From: Paramecium tetraurelia
Lineage: Eukaryota
Direction: 5' to 3'
Length of the DNA stretch: 64,000 nucleotides
Assembly: GCA_000165425.1 (NCBI GenBank)
Contig: CT868463.1
Span: 248,001 to 312,000, forward strand
The translations under genes and the position numbers were made by a program. Position 1 is the first letter of the stretch, and each line of letters starts with the position of its first letter. The notes under the pieces are model-generated. The model was not told where the DNA came from, made no database searches, and worked only from the letters and a program-made list of their open reading frames with translations. Positions 42,393-56,557 of this stretch are shown here, one piece after another.

Positions 42393-43059
42393 TAACGGAA
42401 CTTTTTAATATATAATATTTAATGCTTTAATCATAAGAGGGTTTGAAGCATTAAGAAGCAAATTATCCTAATTTTAGTACCCTATAAAACAAACGATATT
42501 TAAATGAAGTTTAGTTACTCATTTTATTTTTTAAAGTCTATCATAGTCGAATTAAAATGTAATGTAAATTAATTATGCTAAAAATGTTATACAAAATTTA
42601 ATAATATTTGTAATATAACTGAGTAGGCTGAAAACAAAAAGATGTATATAGTATTTTAAGGAAAGGTTAATATAAGATTTTGAATTCAGAAATAGTTGCT
42701 TAGTAGTCAAAAACTGTAGGTATATTTTTGATATGATAAATACTATTAATTATTTTAATATGTATACCCAGTTTCAAATTGATGTTTATCATAGGTTAAT
42801 ATCTAAGTTGATAAAGTACATTGGGATCCTCCAATTATTATGTACTTTTATTAAAGTTATCAAATTTTGCGCTAAGATATTTATTAGATTTTATAATGCA
42901 TTTTTACTTATATTTGATGTCATAAATAATTAGTCAACAATATTAAGATCAAAAAAAGATTAATTCAATGATTAGACTGAGTTATAAATAATTATAATAA
43001 GATTAGCTTCATTTATCATATATTAATCATTGATTTATATATTTATTAATATAATTTTA

Positions 43060-44802
43060 ATGCAAAAAAACAATCTATAACAACTGAAAAATCTGAATTC
43101 ATCAAAGATTAATAAGCCTCCTATTGATAGTAGGTCTACAAGAAATGTTTATGAATTATCAGCAGAGAAGTCTTCCATAAATAAGTCATTTAATGAGAAG
43201 AAAAAATCAGTGCCCAAATCAAATGCTATTTTACAAGAACTGTTCTTTAAAAGATAAAATTCCCAGGAGCAACTATTTAACAGAACTACTAGTCCAAAAT
43301 CCTAACATGAAAATACATCAATAAATAAATCATAACGATCTATTTCTCCTCAAATTCTTTACTAAATGCCAGTAGAGATAAAGAAAATATACTAATAAAT
43401 AAATCACAGATTAGATCAATAGAAATTATAACAAAATAAGAAAAATAAAGATACTTAAAAATATAAGACAGAAGAATCAAAATCACATAAAAATGAATCA
43501 ACAAGTTCCACTATAAATGATTCAGATGAATAAATTTAAAATTTCATAAATTAAGAGGAAATTGTGTTTACAATTATGGCAGTCATCAGCAGAAAGAAAA
43601 AAGTCATAAATTAATGCCAAAATTATCTTAATCGGATATCTCATTTTTTAATAGAAGAAAAAGATAAAATTACTTAGTAAATACTGTCCAAATAGATCCA
43701 TTTAGAGAGAATAGGCATCTTAGCAATTTTGTATAAGGCTCTATCTGATACGTTTGAAGAGGATTAATAGAATTTGAAAAACCTGCTTTTTTATATACAC
43801 AACAGTATGACTTTACATCTACAATTCTTAAACTAATCTAACACTATTTCACAATCTCAAAGGGCAGCTATTTAAGCAAGATTGAATAAAATTAGACCAT
43901 AAAAAAACTGCTAAAATTTAGATATAAATTTAATCCGTAAAAATAACAATGTCGTTTATTCACTCTTAGTATTATTGTAAATACTTTATTCATATGTTTA
44001 GTATTGAAAATTCAACTGATCAAAAACTTAATTCATTAGAGAAAAACTTAACAAACATTGATCGACTCTCTTTAAACCAGGGAACTGAATTTATTAAACA
44101 AGAATATCACAAAATTGTATGATATAATACAAATATGTAGTTGGTTCATATACAATAGTTAAGATTGACGATGGATTCATAAGATTTTCAATTTGACTAT
44201 GAAGAAGTGATAGATTGTTAATAGATACCTTATTTATCTAAAACAAATAACTACACTTTGATCATTGATCTAGATGAAACATTAGTTCATTACTAAGAAG
44301 TATAAATTGGTTTTTTATATAGTTAGTAGATGAGGGCCAATTCTTAGTTAGACCATTTGCTTAGTAATTCCTGAAAGATATGTCTAAGTTTTATTAGATT
44401 GTTATTTTTACTGCAGCGTAATAAGATTATGCAGATTTTATTTTGGATCTAATAGATGAGGATAAAGTCATATCTCATAGATTGTACAGATAACACACAA
44501 CACTTGTGAAAAATACATATGTAAAAGATATATAGAAGATTGGAAGAGACATTAAGAAGACAATAATAATAGACAATTTGGCTGAGAATTTCTAATTGCA
44601 ACCTGACAATGGAATACAAATATAAAGTTGGTATGGTGATTCAGATGATCAAGCTTTATAATTGTTATCTCCTTTGTTGAGTTAAATTGTTTAGAAGAAC
44701 TTTCCTGATGTGAGAGATGCTTTAAGGAAATTTAGGGATTAAATGCAAAGAAATATAGAGGCAGGAATATCTGACCCTCATTTGCATTTAAGTTTAAATT
44801 GA
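43060..44802 (+). CDS. FCP1/SCP (NIF, Dullard-like) phosphatase with a long N-terminal extension
   Basis: TLIIDLDETLVH, VRPFA, IVIFTAAQQDYADFILDLID, SHRLYRQH, YVKDIQKIGRD, IIIDNLAENF. Confidence 0.9.
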
Positions 44803-44877
44803 TAAGAATAGATAGTATCACCATTTTTGATTTATTTATTCTATTTTCCATATTTTAATATATTGATAAGACAGACT

Positions 44878-46857
44878 TCATAATATTTTATTTTCTTAAT
44901 TTGGTAATTTTTGCAAAGCATCAACTGCTATTTATATTGAAATATCTTTTTGCACGAATGGTCTAGTTGAAACTAAATATATATAAATAATAATATACCT
45001 TGTCCATTGGCTACCTTGTATTCAAATAACTGAAAATTTTAGATTTTTGTCTTTTAATCTTTCTAAGTTTCATCTTAGTGAATTGTATAATAATTTCCAA
45101 ACATGAAGGCACCTTCAACATCTTAAACAGGCTATAGAAATTCAGCACCTTAGTAATTGTGATTTCTTTTAATATGGGAAAGTAATTAATAATCAAGAGC
45201 CTAGCTTTACAATTAATTCTTTTTTATTGTCCCATCTTGCCAATCAAAGATGAACACTTCCCTATTTTCTTTCCAATTCTTTTTCAAAAAGTCTCCTGAA
45301 ATCAACAATTCACTGTGAGTACCAAACGGAACTGAAAATATTGGACTTGAGAGCATATATTTTTAATACTAATCCTCATTCTTATCTGAGAATTACAATT
45401 TGAATCCATTGCCTAAGAATTTTTCTTATTTAAATTAGAACACCTAAACTATATGTTGCTGTTCTTTAATGTTGTACCCAATTCTTCCATCAGGTAATTA
45501 TTCAGCTCCTCCATATAAGAGTAGACATTTATCATATTTTTAATGGTTAATAATAGTACAACTACCATCATATCTTCTCTCAACTTTCTAATTTAATTTA
45601 CTCCATTAATTATTTTTAAAAACATATCCAGCGTCAAATATTGTATCAATTATGACCTATGATTAATCTGGTGTTCTTTTTTATCCACAAAAGATATACA
45701 CATTACTAATACTTTATATCAAACTAATACTTATTGTAGCATCCTCCCAAATAGTTGAACCCAGCATTTGGTAATTTTGGAAGATACTCAATTGAAGCTT
45801 ATTAATTTTAAGCGAAAGGATCCTTAGGAAATCTTATCCTTACAAATAAATCTGTGGGTACCAAGTTTTAGACTCTTCCTCCTATTACGTAGATAATGTT
45901 CTCCTACTCTAAACTCTATTCTTTAACATATAATTGATATTCAAATTAGAAATGCTTCTCTGGTGTTGTCTTTATTTCATAATCTGCCCAAATTCCCAGA
46001 TGTGGATAATACACAATTAGCTATACTTTTAAATATTTCATACCACACTCCCTGCATTCTTTCCATCATTTTGTAGTTTCTTGAATCCAAAAACAAACTA
46101 AGTTTCCAAGGATTAGACGCCTAATTCAATTAGATTGAGAGATTATTTAAATGTAGATTTCAATTAATCTATTTTCCCTTTTAAGGCCTGCTTCATTTAA
46201 TTTATTTATTTTCCCTTCTGCTTACCTTAGTAAAATTTCGAAGAGATGCAATCCTTTACTTAAGAAATAGTATAGTTAATTTATTCTTGGATATCTTGCT
46301 ATCTTTGACTCAAATTCTGATTATTAATATTGGTATTTTGAACTGTCAATCTAATAACAGGGCCTGATCCAGGTATTTTGATTTTGGTCTACTTGTCCAC
46401 CTTCGATATTGCATAATAAGCTTTGTTTCCATTGTTAAATCTGTAGATTATTCTATCTCCTATTAATTTTTAACCCCCTTGTTCTAATTTCTTTTTTTCT
46501 GCCAAAATGTGATATAATGTGAAGTCTATCCCGAAGTCTGAAAAATACACATATTATTTGCATCCTGGACAACTGAAATTATTTTGATTACTAGGAAAGC
46601 AATACTAAAAATAAATACTTAAGTTTGCTTTCGAAAAACTCAAGCCATTATTCAAGATCAAATATGCATTTAATGCTAGCCACATTTTGATGTCGTATTG
46701 GTATAGTTACAGGCATTCTTGAAAAAGTGCATTACAGATTCAACTCTGCCTCCTAACCCAATTTTTGGCAAAGGAATTATTCAATTTGATAAGCTACATT
46801 CTTTTGGTAAAGCCATTCTTTGTATTCTGCAACACTTTAATAATTGGGTTAATCCAT
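44878..46857 (-). CDS. Degenerate SP-RING/MIZ-like finger plus Kelch-repeat protein
   Basis: LNLQCTFSRMPVTIPIRH..CIFDLEQWL..FSCPGCKQ..DFGIDFTL; later IIYVIGGR, VYIFCG, LLLYGG (Kelch-like). Confidence 0.6.
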
Positions 46858-48140
46858 ATGTTTCTATTACTTTTGTATAAATTTTTAGTAATATAAATAT
46901 TATTTATAAAAGTACTATATAAAAAGGTAGAATATCGTATAATAATTTAAATCACAGATAATTATCTCATATACTCGCATCTATTTATTTAAAATAATTA
47001 TTTAAGTAAAATTATTTGTAGAGAAAAAAATTAGTTTTAAATATTAACATTTATAACAATTATTAAAATACATTAGTGAAACGATAAAACTTTAAATAAT
47101 AGTAAAATTTAGAGTATCAAATCTTATTAAATAAAAATGTCTCAAATCTTTCTAAACTTTAATCTAAATTCTATTGGATATAATTATATTTGATATTACT
47201 ATGCAACTTAAAAGCTTATAGTTTAATTTTTTAATTATAAGTATATTATAGTTTGAATTTAATCTTGAAATGAGAAAAATTACATAAAATGAAAGGCAAT
47301 ACTGAATGTTATTATTCACTATAAAGATTAAAAGAAACTAAATCAACGGGATTTACTTTTTTATAATATTTTATCATGGAAACGATAGATGGAGAAAATA
47401 TGAATATTCTAATAAATCTATATTATATCATTGAGATTTAAAGACAAAGAAGCTATACTCATATTAATATAGTAGAGAATGTGAAACAAATCTGAAAATT
47501 CGAAAGCTTAAGTAATAGAATTTTTTATAATCCTCCAAAAATACAAATTTTTTTAAAATAACTATTTACTTAAGCCTAAAAGTGTTAATCAGATTCATCC
47601 ACATATCTATACTTAAATTAATTTTTAAAATTTAAAGAAGAATTATCTAAGTTCATAGAATTTTTGTTTAAACGCAAATTCAAAAATAGAATTAAATCTT
47701 CAATGACAACTAATAAAGATATTGATTTAATTTTGCAATATTTATTAATTTGAAGACTTTAAATAAGATTTTAAACTCTCAAAATTGCACATTGAAAAAA
47801 TGAAAGATACACTCATATTAATTAAATTAATTATCAATCTTTCTAAGTGGTTTAAAAATTTACTTAGTTTCAATGTTAATGAGTTCAAAATTGTATCTTG
47901 TATGAATGACTGTTTTCAAAGCACAATTAAAGCTATCCATAACTTGAATTTCTTGTGGAGTTTTAGGGGTAGATTTGTTAAATTTATTGTATCCTTTGAG
48001 TTGGTTATCTAAAACAGCAAATATTTATGTATTTCATTTACAGGATATAATTTAAAAGATAAAGAATTTCAATTATGCTAATCTAATTAATTCTAATTAT
48101 GAGATTACTATTATATATATAAATAAATATAATTTATAAA

Positions 48141-48852
48141 ATGAAGGTGAATAAAAATTTATAAGATGCAATTATTAATCTGAATTCTTTAAGTATTCCA
48201 AGGACTGAAATTGTTATTGGAAGAATATTTAGCAAGCCTGGATAATTATACAAAGATTTATTTACAGAGGATGAGATTAAGAAATTTCAAAATAATCTGA
48301 ATATTTCTGAATAGTAATTAGCAAACATTGTAAATGCATTCACTTTTGTGTTAATGCATGTCGTGGCAGAAAGAAATTTGACTTAAGTTGAAGAAGTATT
48401 AGCATAAAATGGAATGGTATTAAACTATTCTATATGTTAATAGTCCTAAGATCACATTGAGGTTTTTAGACAATAATGGATACAATATGGAAATGAGTAT
48501 TCAATTAGAATAAGAGAAAAACCAATTGCTGTTTAAGACGTATTGCATTCATTTAATTGGAAAATCAGTTTATAAGTTGATGAATCAAGATTACCATAAA
48601 AGAGTATTCTATAATAAAGTATGAATTACAGATGTAGCAAATTTCATGAATGTTGACGGTAAAATTGAAGATGCTAATGATTTATATTCGTACGACGCAA
48701 GAAATCCAGCAACGACTTTTGTATTTGAAACGAAGCCATCAGGAGAGACTAATAAAGTTGATAAATTCAGCATTAAATTTTAGAAGGCCTAGATTTAAGA
48801 ATTATTTGAAAGTTTGGAAAGTATTTAAGAAAGTTTGGATAAATTAATTTGA
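48141..48852 (+). CDS. COMM-domain protein, COMMD10-like
   Basis: LFTEDEIKKF, QQWIQYG, LHSFNWKISL, NPATTFVF, ELFESLESIQESLDKL*. Confidence 0.7.
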
Positions 48853-48906
48853 TAATATTATTATCATTATATTTAATTAATGAGTAATTACATATATTCA
48901 GCATAA

Positions 48907-50128
48907 TCATTTAAAGAATATATTTACTTTATTTCCCTTATATTCATATTCAGAGAAAACTGATATAACCTTCAAGGCTTCATAAATATCTACCATAGTC
49001 ATCTGAACTTAATTGTATTCCAATCTAATATCTAATAATATTAATTTAAATAAATAACCCTATATCATTCCAACTAATTTAACCATATCCTAAATTTCAA
49101 TAATATCTTTGATTCCCTAAAAGATTAAAACTTTGCTTATAGGAACAGTTTTGAATTTAGTTTTTGAACCAATATATAGTTCTTCATCTACATTTGTGGT
49201 TCTGAAATCGCTTTGCTGATGGAACAGAATTCTTAACTAAAGATTTATTTAATTTTACTCACTTCTTTATTGAAAAATTAGACATTGTTTAGTAATTCTT
49301 TGGCTATAGTAGCTTAATCAGAGTTTGTAAACTGCAGGATGGCTGTTTATTATTTTTTTTTTAAAATCAAACTATCAAGATGTCCAAATCTGTTAAAGAG
49401 ATTATACAGCATCTTAGATGTAATTTTAACATCTATATTGGACACTATCAGATATTTGGATGGCTTCTAATATAATAACTAATCAATTATTATTTATTAG
49501 TGATTGAATTAGATTTATTGAGACTTTTCAATTTCACTATTGAAGTCATCATCCAGAATTTATATTAATTATTTTAATTATGAATCCATTCTTAAATAAT
49601 AATTTAAAATTAAACATTGTTTTATTAGGAGACTCTCCTAAATCTTAGGTGACACTCATTTAATTTTGATGTATTTAATCAACAAGAGGTGATTGGACTT
49701 TTTAACTCTCGATGTTATCTTTGTTATTCTTAATTTTTATTTTCGATACATGATTTAATAACAGTTGAGTCTCAACTTCATTATTTTGGTATGAAGTTCC
49801 ACGGGTCTGATCAACTACTTCGAGGTTGAGCTCCTTGAGACGAGAAAAGTGAATTAGTAGTCTATATATAAAAACTAAGCATTTACTTTCCTCCTTCTGG
49901 ACTTATTGATTTCCCCATCAGGTTCCTTCTTGCAAGGATTGCATGCTTAACATTTAAGTATTCAACAAAGGCTTTGTTGGTTTTCCCTCTCTCAAAAATG
50001 AGTATTTTATTGATCTCTCCATAGGATTTGAACGTATCGAAAAGATAATCATTGGTAAGGGGAAATGAAGGAGGCAAGTAAGAAATGATTAGCAATAATA
50101 TCTTACTTGGAGGATCTCGAGAATTCAT
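48907..50128 (-). CDS. PTB/hnRNP-L-type multi-RRM protein
   Basis: SKILLLII..LFDTFKSYGEINKILIFERGKTNKAFVEY, HFSRLKEL, KPSKYLIVSN..LYNLFNRFG, PISKVLIF. Confidence 0.8.
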
Positions 50129-50579
50129 TAACAAATTAATATTAAGAAAGAATGAAGTTATACTATATAGATTCTTATAATTAAATAATTTAAATTTACA
50201 AAGCACATAATAATTCTTTTACATTAAAAAGATAATTATGATATATGTATCATTTAATTTATAACTGGATTCTCAGTCATTTCTCATCTTTTATTTCACT
50301 ATTTATCTATACTCCTCTTATATAATTCAATAACTTCATTCTATCCATTACTACAAATAAAATGGCCTATTATTAAACTATTATTCTTATATTCAAAAAT
50401 TAAATGCTTTCTGAATATTATTTAGAAGATGCTTAAAATTTAATCTCAGAATAAAAGTTACAACTTTCAATTAATTTTTATATTAATTTTTAGAGTAATT
50501 TCATATAGTATTTTATATGCCTAATACATAATTTAATAAATTAATGTATAATGCCTTGTTGATAAAAGAATTTCTATTT

Positions 50580-51150
50580 ATTTAGAGAATACTATGTTTA
50601 TATCTGGTCAATTTATAAAGATGTTTCCTGCATAATTCTAAAGAGATCCACAATATTATTTTGAATGAAATGTTTAAGTTTAAAAAGTTAATTGCTAATT
50701 ATGAGGGAGTACACAGCTTGATGTTCTCATTTGAAATTAATTTTGCAGATAATCTTTTTAAACTTATACTTATAAATACATCAATAATCCTTAAGAACTC
50801 TATTTAAGAAATTTATCGAGTGAGTGCTTAAGAATAAAAAATGGGATTCATTGAAATAAAGAGCAATAATGATGCCTAGTTCAATAGGAATTTCTAATAT
50901 TAATATTAGAGATCTGAATTTTTGTTAAATAAATTAATTACCAAAAAAAAATTGGCCTGTCTATTTTACTTTGAATCAAGCTTCTTAATAAATAGTTTAT
51001 AATCAGGATTTAGTAAAATGAAAATTATGAGCTTAGAATAATAACTCTAATCAAATATTTTTAAAGGGAATTAATATAATATATTTAAATGTCTAAGTTG
51101 TCAATTGTGATAGGTATTCCTTCCATTTAAATATTAAATAATGTTTTAGA
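50580..51150 (+). pseudogene. Decayed ubiquitin-specific protease (USP) remnant
   Basis: Broken Cys-box-like LENT-CLY, a broken EQ.DA / QEFLILIL segment, and intact NIFKGNQYNIFKCLSC (IFxG..CxxC) followed by TGA. Confidence 0.35.
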
Positions 51151-51272
51151 GTATAGTACATTTATTTATATCTAAAAAGATTAAATCAATCTATATTTGA
51201 ATTCAATCCAACTTAATTTCTTATTTCAATATATAATCGACTACACATATATATTCTAAATCAATATTGAAC

Positions 51273-51467
51273 TCAAATGTAATCACATTTGTTTCCGCTT
51301 AAATATTTTCTTATGTCTTCCTTGTTTCTTTTCTTATCCTTTAATCTAGCTGTTACTAATCCATGATGTTCTAATCTGACCTTTTCAGGGAGCTTTTATT
51401 ACAAGGATTTACGAGACTTTTATCCTTAATTATTTTGGTAGGTTTTGGCTCCTGTAAGCTTGTTCAT
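51273..51467 (-). CDS. Possible small basic protein (64 aa); reading frame ambiguous
   Basis: ATG..TGA ORF MNKLTGAKTYQNN...; another frame also looks coding, so it may be a remnant. Confidence 0.3.
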
Positions 51468-51556
51468 GAATTTTATTAATAAATATGTTGCTATTTCGTT
51501 TTTTATTTATAAATTACGCGTTTAATTCTTTCATATTTTATAGTATAAATAAATAA

Positions 51557-54500
51557 TCAAAACTTAAATTAATATTATTTTGTACTCTTGTTATATTATT
51601 ACTTTTTATATTTCTCGATGATCCTATCCTTATTATATTGAGGGTAATAAGAGTATAGATTACATGCTTATTCAAATGTGTTGTGGAATTACTCTTCATT
51701 TAAGGGACTATTCTCATGATATTATTTAAAAGTGTCAGTTTTTAATTTGAAATCATGTTTTTCATGCTTTTAAGCAGTATCGTGTTTAGTATCTTCTCGA
51801 ATTTTCTAACTCTCTGTACGAATTGATATAGTATATCTTTAACTTCTTGATCTACTTTGCATTGACAATTATTTAGAAGTGTAAGAAGCTTCCTTCAAAT
51901 TATTCAATTTATCGGTCTCATTCATTTCACTAACTGATGGTATAGCTTACAGAGGATTTTTTATTTATTTTGTATTTGAATAACTAGTACCAATTAAAGA
52001 CTTCTTTTTCCTCTCCTATGCAACATATAAACTATCTTCAACACCTCCTTTTTAAAATGTCTATTTCTCATCTTAATAAAGCATAGGAGGAGACCCATTT
52101 GGTAGAGGAGGAATTCCAATGCTGCTCTAAGGGATATTGCCACTACTAGATTAACTGCTTGATTTATGATAATATTATTATTATTATTATTGTTATTATT
52201 AATGATGCTACTGTTATTACTATTATCGTTATCCAATAGAATGATTAGAATATTTATCAGAATCTTGCTATTTTGATATCTTTCTTTTTGGATATTCCTT
52301 TAAAAATACATTAAATGAACTTTAAGATAATTAAGAACTCGGGAGTTATTGCACTTTAACAGGAATAGCACTAATTTTATCGACTTAGGAGTCGTTGGAT
52401 TTATAGCCAGACATGGATTTCTGAAATTTAGATTCTTCGTCTGAATGAACACTGATAGAATTTAATGATCTCGATCTTTTCCTAAATCTCACATTTTTTG
52501 ATTGCTAGTGTTATTGTTATTATGATCTATGAGTATTATGAGTAGGTTCCTAATATCTGATCTCTTAAGTCAATTTGGTTTAGTGAGTTCTTTCCATTTA
52601 ACTAGGATTAGGATCTTCTTCTTCAGAAGAGAAAGAAAAATTGTTTTCTTGAAATAATGAGACTGCATCTTCAAACAATCTCTATCCGAATTTAGCATTT
52701 GTAGTTCTTCTACAATTTCTCTTAAATAAGATTCTTCCATTAGGAACAGAAAACAAATGTTTTGCTAATAAAATCTCTTTATTTATGATTAAATGTAATC
52801 TATGACATAAATCTATGTCATGATCAGCATCTCCACATCCCAAACATTTGACACCGAGATCTAATTTCTGATTTTGAAAAGTCCACTAATCAATGATCAT
52901 TCTATAGGTTTACTATATTATTTAAAATATTACATAATCTTTAGGATGAGTTTGAAGTATGTCTAAGAACATTTATTTAGACAAGTAAGCAAACGAACAA
53001 GCTGTCTCTGTTTTAATGCTATAAGGATGAGCGTTGTTCATAAAGAATGGACCATGGCCAAAGATATCTCCCTGTTTCAATTTTCCTAAATAATATTTTC
53101 TGTCCTAAAGATCAACTAGCATCTCAGCTTCTCCACTGACTAATTAATATAATGCAATTCCGTCATGAGTTCCATTTTCGATGACATAAGAATTTGGAGC
53201 CACCCTGTATTCTTGAACATTCTTTGTCAAATCTAATAGACATTCTTAGCTAAAATATCTATAAAATATATGAATGTTAGCAATAAATTAACCATATAAA
53301 CAAATCTAGATTTCTTCTTTTAAATTTGGACTCAAACAATTTATAATCTTATTTTCATCAACAATTCGAAACTTCTCTTCCTATGTCCACAGATTCTACA
53401 AGTATTATCTCACTCTAAATTGCAATGACTACTCGAAATTCTTTCTTTGCATGTATCTATTTATAATAGCCATATTTTCATTGATTTTCTCATCAAACTT
53501 ATTCATTTCAGTAATGATCCTTCCAATTGTATTGATTGAATATGCAAAAACAACACTTGCAATAAACATGGTACAAACACAAAATAAGGCTTCTTCATGA
53601 TTAGCTGGTGTCAGATCTCCATATCCAACAGTAGTCATAGTCATTACAGACCAATAAATAGAATAACTATATAGAGCAAACCAAGAATCTTCAACTATTC
53701 CTGCTTTATTGATCCAATTATTTTAATTATTCTATGCTACCACATACCAAAGACATCCAAATACATGAGCATATAAAAATACAGTTCCTATAACACTCAA
53801 AAATCGATATCCAATAACAAACCTTGGATTACTTAATAATCTTCCTTCTAAAGAATGATATACTCTATTTAAAGCATTTGATCTTATGAATGATAAACAA
53901 TTCACAATCCTAATTATTGTATTATCTGTTTCAAATGATTATATTAAAATGATGTTGATGAATATTGGTATTATTGAGATCAAATCAACAACAAAATATT
54001 TCCTTAAATATCTTCTAGCGACTCTCTTTTAATTTATTACTACCTCCCCATTTTCATAGTATCCTGTGCGAAATCCTAAAAGAATGTCAAATGAATAAAA
54101 GAGAAACATCAAAATTAGGATATTTTGCGAATTTTATTTCTCAGAGGTGAAAAACCAATTCAAAACATTCAAATTGAAACATATTTGAATTGATAATTGG
54201 AATAGAGATGCTAATGTCACAAAGAATTTTAACAATTCCCAAAAAAATAAGAAGTTGCCTTGTGGATCTATTGTTTCTTATTTAAACTTATTAAGAATCA
54301 CTTAAATCTTACATACACTAAAGTACGTCTTAAGTACAATGAATGCCTTCATGCTCTCCATTCGTTTTAATACCATCTTCTATTTGGATTTGTCGTGAAT
54401 CTTAATGAAACTCTTATTGTTGTATTTCTCATTAGAATTGCTTATATCAGAACTCAAATCTTATATTAATTACAATTGTGATTTTGATATTTTCTTAGCA

Positions 54501-55018
54501 AATGGCGATAGAATCTTAATCTTTGAGATGAATTTCTTAGCTAAACTCATTCTGTTGGTTAGCTTTGAAAAAATCTTTGAAAAATGCTTACTTTTTCTTT
54601 TCGGAGACTTTGCCGATTAAATAGCTGGACTAATAATAGATTTACTTTTTCTATTATCATTTGGTTCTCCCAATTTTTTTAATTCTAAATTTGGACTATC
54701 ACACAGGATTAATTCATCCCTTAGAGATTGTTTCAAGGGTGATGCTTCTGACAAATCCAAACTATTCCGTCGAATTTACTTAGCAGACTTACTTCCCTTG
54801 CTCTTATTGTCCTATTGATTTTCAGGATAGGTTTTGTGTTGAATTGATGGATCTGCCTTGATACCTTCAAAATCAATAAATGCCAAAATCTACTCCTCAT
54901 TTGGTCTCCTAACTTACATCAGATTCTTATTGTTGAGTTCATTTAGATAATTATCAAGCCCATTCTGATGACTATCTCCAGACATATTGATTGAACCAGA
55001 ACTTGGTTGTATATTCAT
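51557..55018 (-). CDS. Voltage-gated K+ channel with a cyclic-nucleotide-binding domain (KCNH/HCN-like)
   Basis: FRTGYYENG, RYLRKYFVVDLIS, AHVFGCLW, YWSVMTMTTVGYGDLTP, FAYSINTIG, CNBD GDIFGHGPFF, ciliate C-terminal CLGCGDADHDIDLC and FE..YYPQYN. Confidence 0.93.
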
Positions 55019-55032
55019 TATTTAATAATAAA

Positions 55033-55806
55033 ATGTAAACTTGGGATTCTGAATTACCACATACAATGCAAAAGAAATTGAGTCTTTTATTGGAATAACG
55101 TCAAAATCTGTAATAAAAAGAGAATTAATTGAATGGAAAGGACTTGCTATTTGCTCATAAGAAATCTTTATAGAAATTGCAAAATCAAAATTAACAGACA
55201 GTTGAAACTCTTTTGGAAAACGAGAAAACCGAGTTAATTGATATTTTTGATTAGGAATTGATCAATCAAAATTCAAGAAGATATTCCTCTAGAAGAATGC
55301 CTACTTTAGAGTAATCCGGTATATCATTTTAAGAGTAATCGGCGGTATTTCAAAAATCAAGTAAAACTAATAGATCAGCATCAACTAATTTATCATATTT
55401 TAACACACAATCTCCTTAAAGATTATCAAAATTCAAAGTGGATAACAATACCAGTCGAATATAAGATCAAGATTAAACCATTAAGCAACTCTAATCCATA
55501 GTTGCAGAACAATAAGAAAAGTCTCTCATTCAAAACTAAGAAATCTAGGTTTTAAAAGATAAAAACTAATCATTGATAAGATAATTAGAAATTAGTGAAA
55601 AAAATTTCATTAAATTTTAAAAATAAACTGACTTATTTAAAGAAAATCTGGTAGAGAAATTGAAAACTTACGCATTAAAATTAGAAACATTAAATGAAAA
55701 TGAAGAAAAAATCATCATCATGCAAAAGGAGAACGCTAGATTGAGATAAGAAAAGGAGGAGTTACTCGTTTTGATGAGGAACCATAACACTGGAGTTAGA
55801 AAATGA
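55033..55806 (+). CDS. Hypothetical coiled-coil protein (257 aa)
   Basis: Intronless ATG..TGA frame in code 6 with a C-terminal coiled coil (KENARLRQEKEELL). Confidence 0.7.
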
Positions 55807-55830
55807 CCAAATTAATTTATTTATTTATAT

Positions 55831-56557
55831 ATGGATACAAGTACTACACATAACTAACCTTAAATTGAAACATTTGAATCCAAATTGATTACCATACAAG
55901 GTACATCTTCTCTTCCAAATGAACACGTCTATCGTTTTAGAAAATCATTCCATCCATAAAACACTGCTAACCAGTTTAATTTAAATAAAACCCTTAATTC
56001 CTCAGTCAACAGCCTTAATCACTTTTGTCACTTGTGCAATAAAAATACATCAACACAAATACTCAAATTCTGTGCCTGTTAGGATAGATAATATCATTTA
56101 TTATGTCTAATCACTCGTATAACTTTAGAATACAAATAAGGTAATGGCATCATGCAATGTCCTTATTGCAGTTTATATTATCCAACTGTGATTGAAACCA
56201 AGTATATATTAATTTAAGATTAGCTTCTCTTATAATAACTTAACTAGATAACAAAAATTCTCATATTTCCTAGCCTTTTTATTGTTGTAATTTTTAATCG
56301 TCGTTGAAGTGGCCCTTATGATAGCAATATAGCTCGATCTTCCTTTTTTTATCTTGTTAGCTAACCTTATATTAATAGAGTTGCTTTTGCTTCTTATGTT
56401 AATAAGAAGAGCAATACTAGTCGCTCGCGTTGTAAGATTTTCACTTGAAGAATACAAAATTTGTGATTAAATTATCTAATCTGCATATGCAAAAAACTCG
56501 TTTAAAATAATCTCAGCCTTAAAAAATGATAAAGCCAAGCAATTGTTTAATGAATGA
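55831..56557 (+). CDS. RING-CH (C4HC3) protein with two TM segments, MARCH-like E3
   Basis: CHLC..FCACQDRQYHLLCL..CPYC followed by two hydrophobic helices. Confidence 0.7.
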
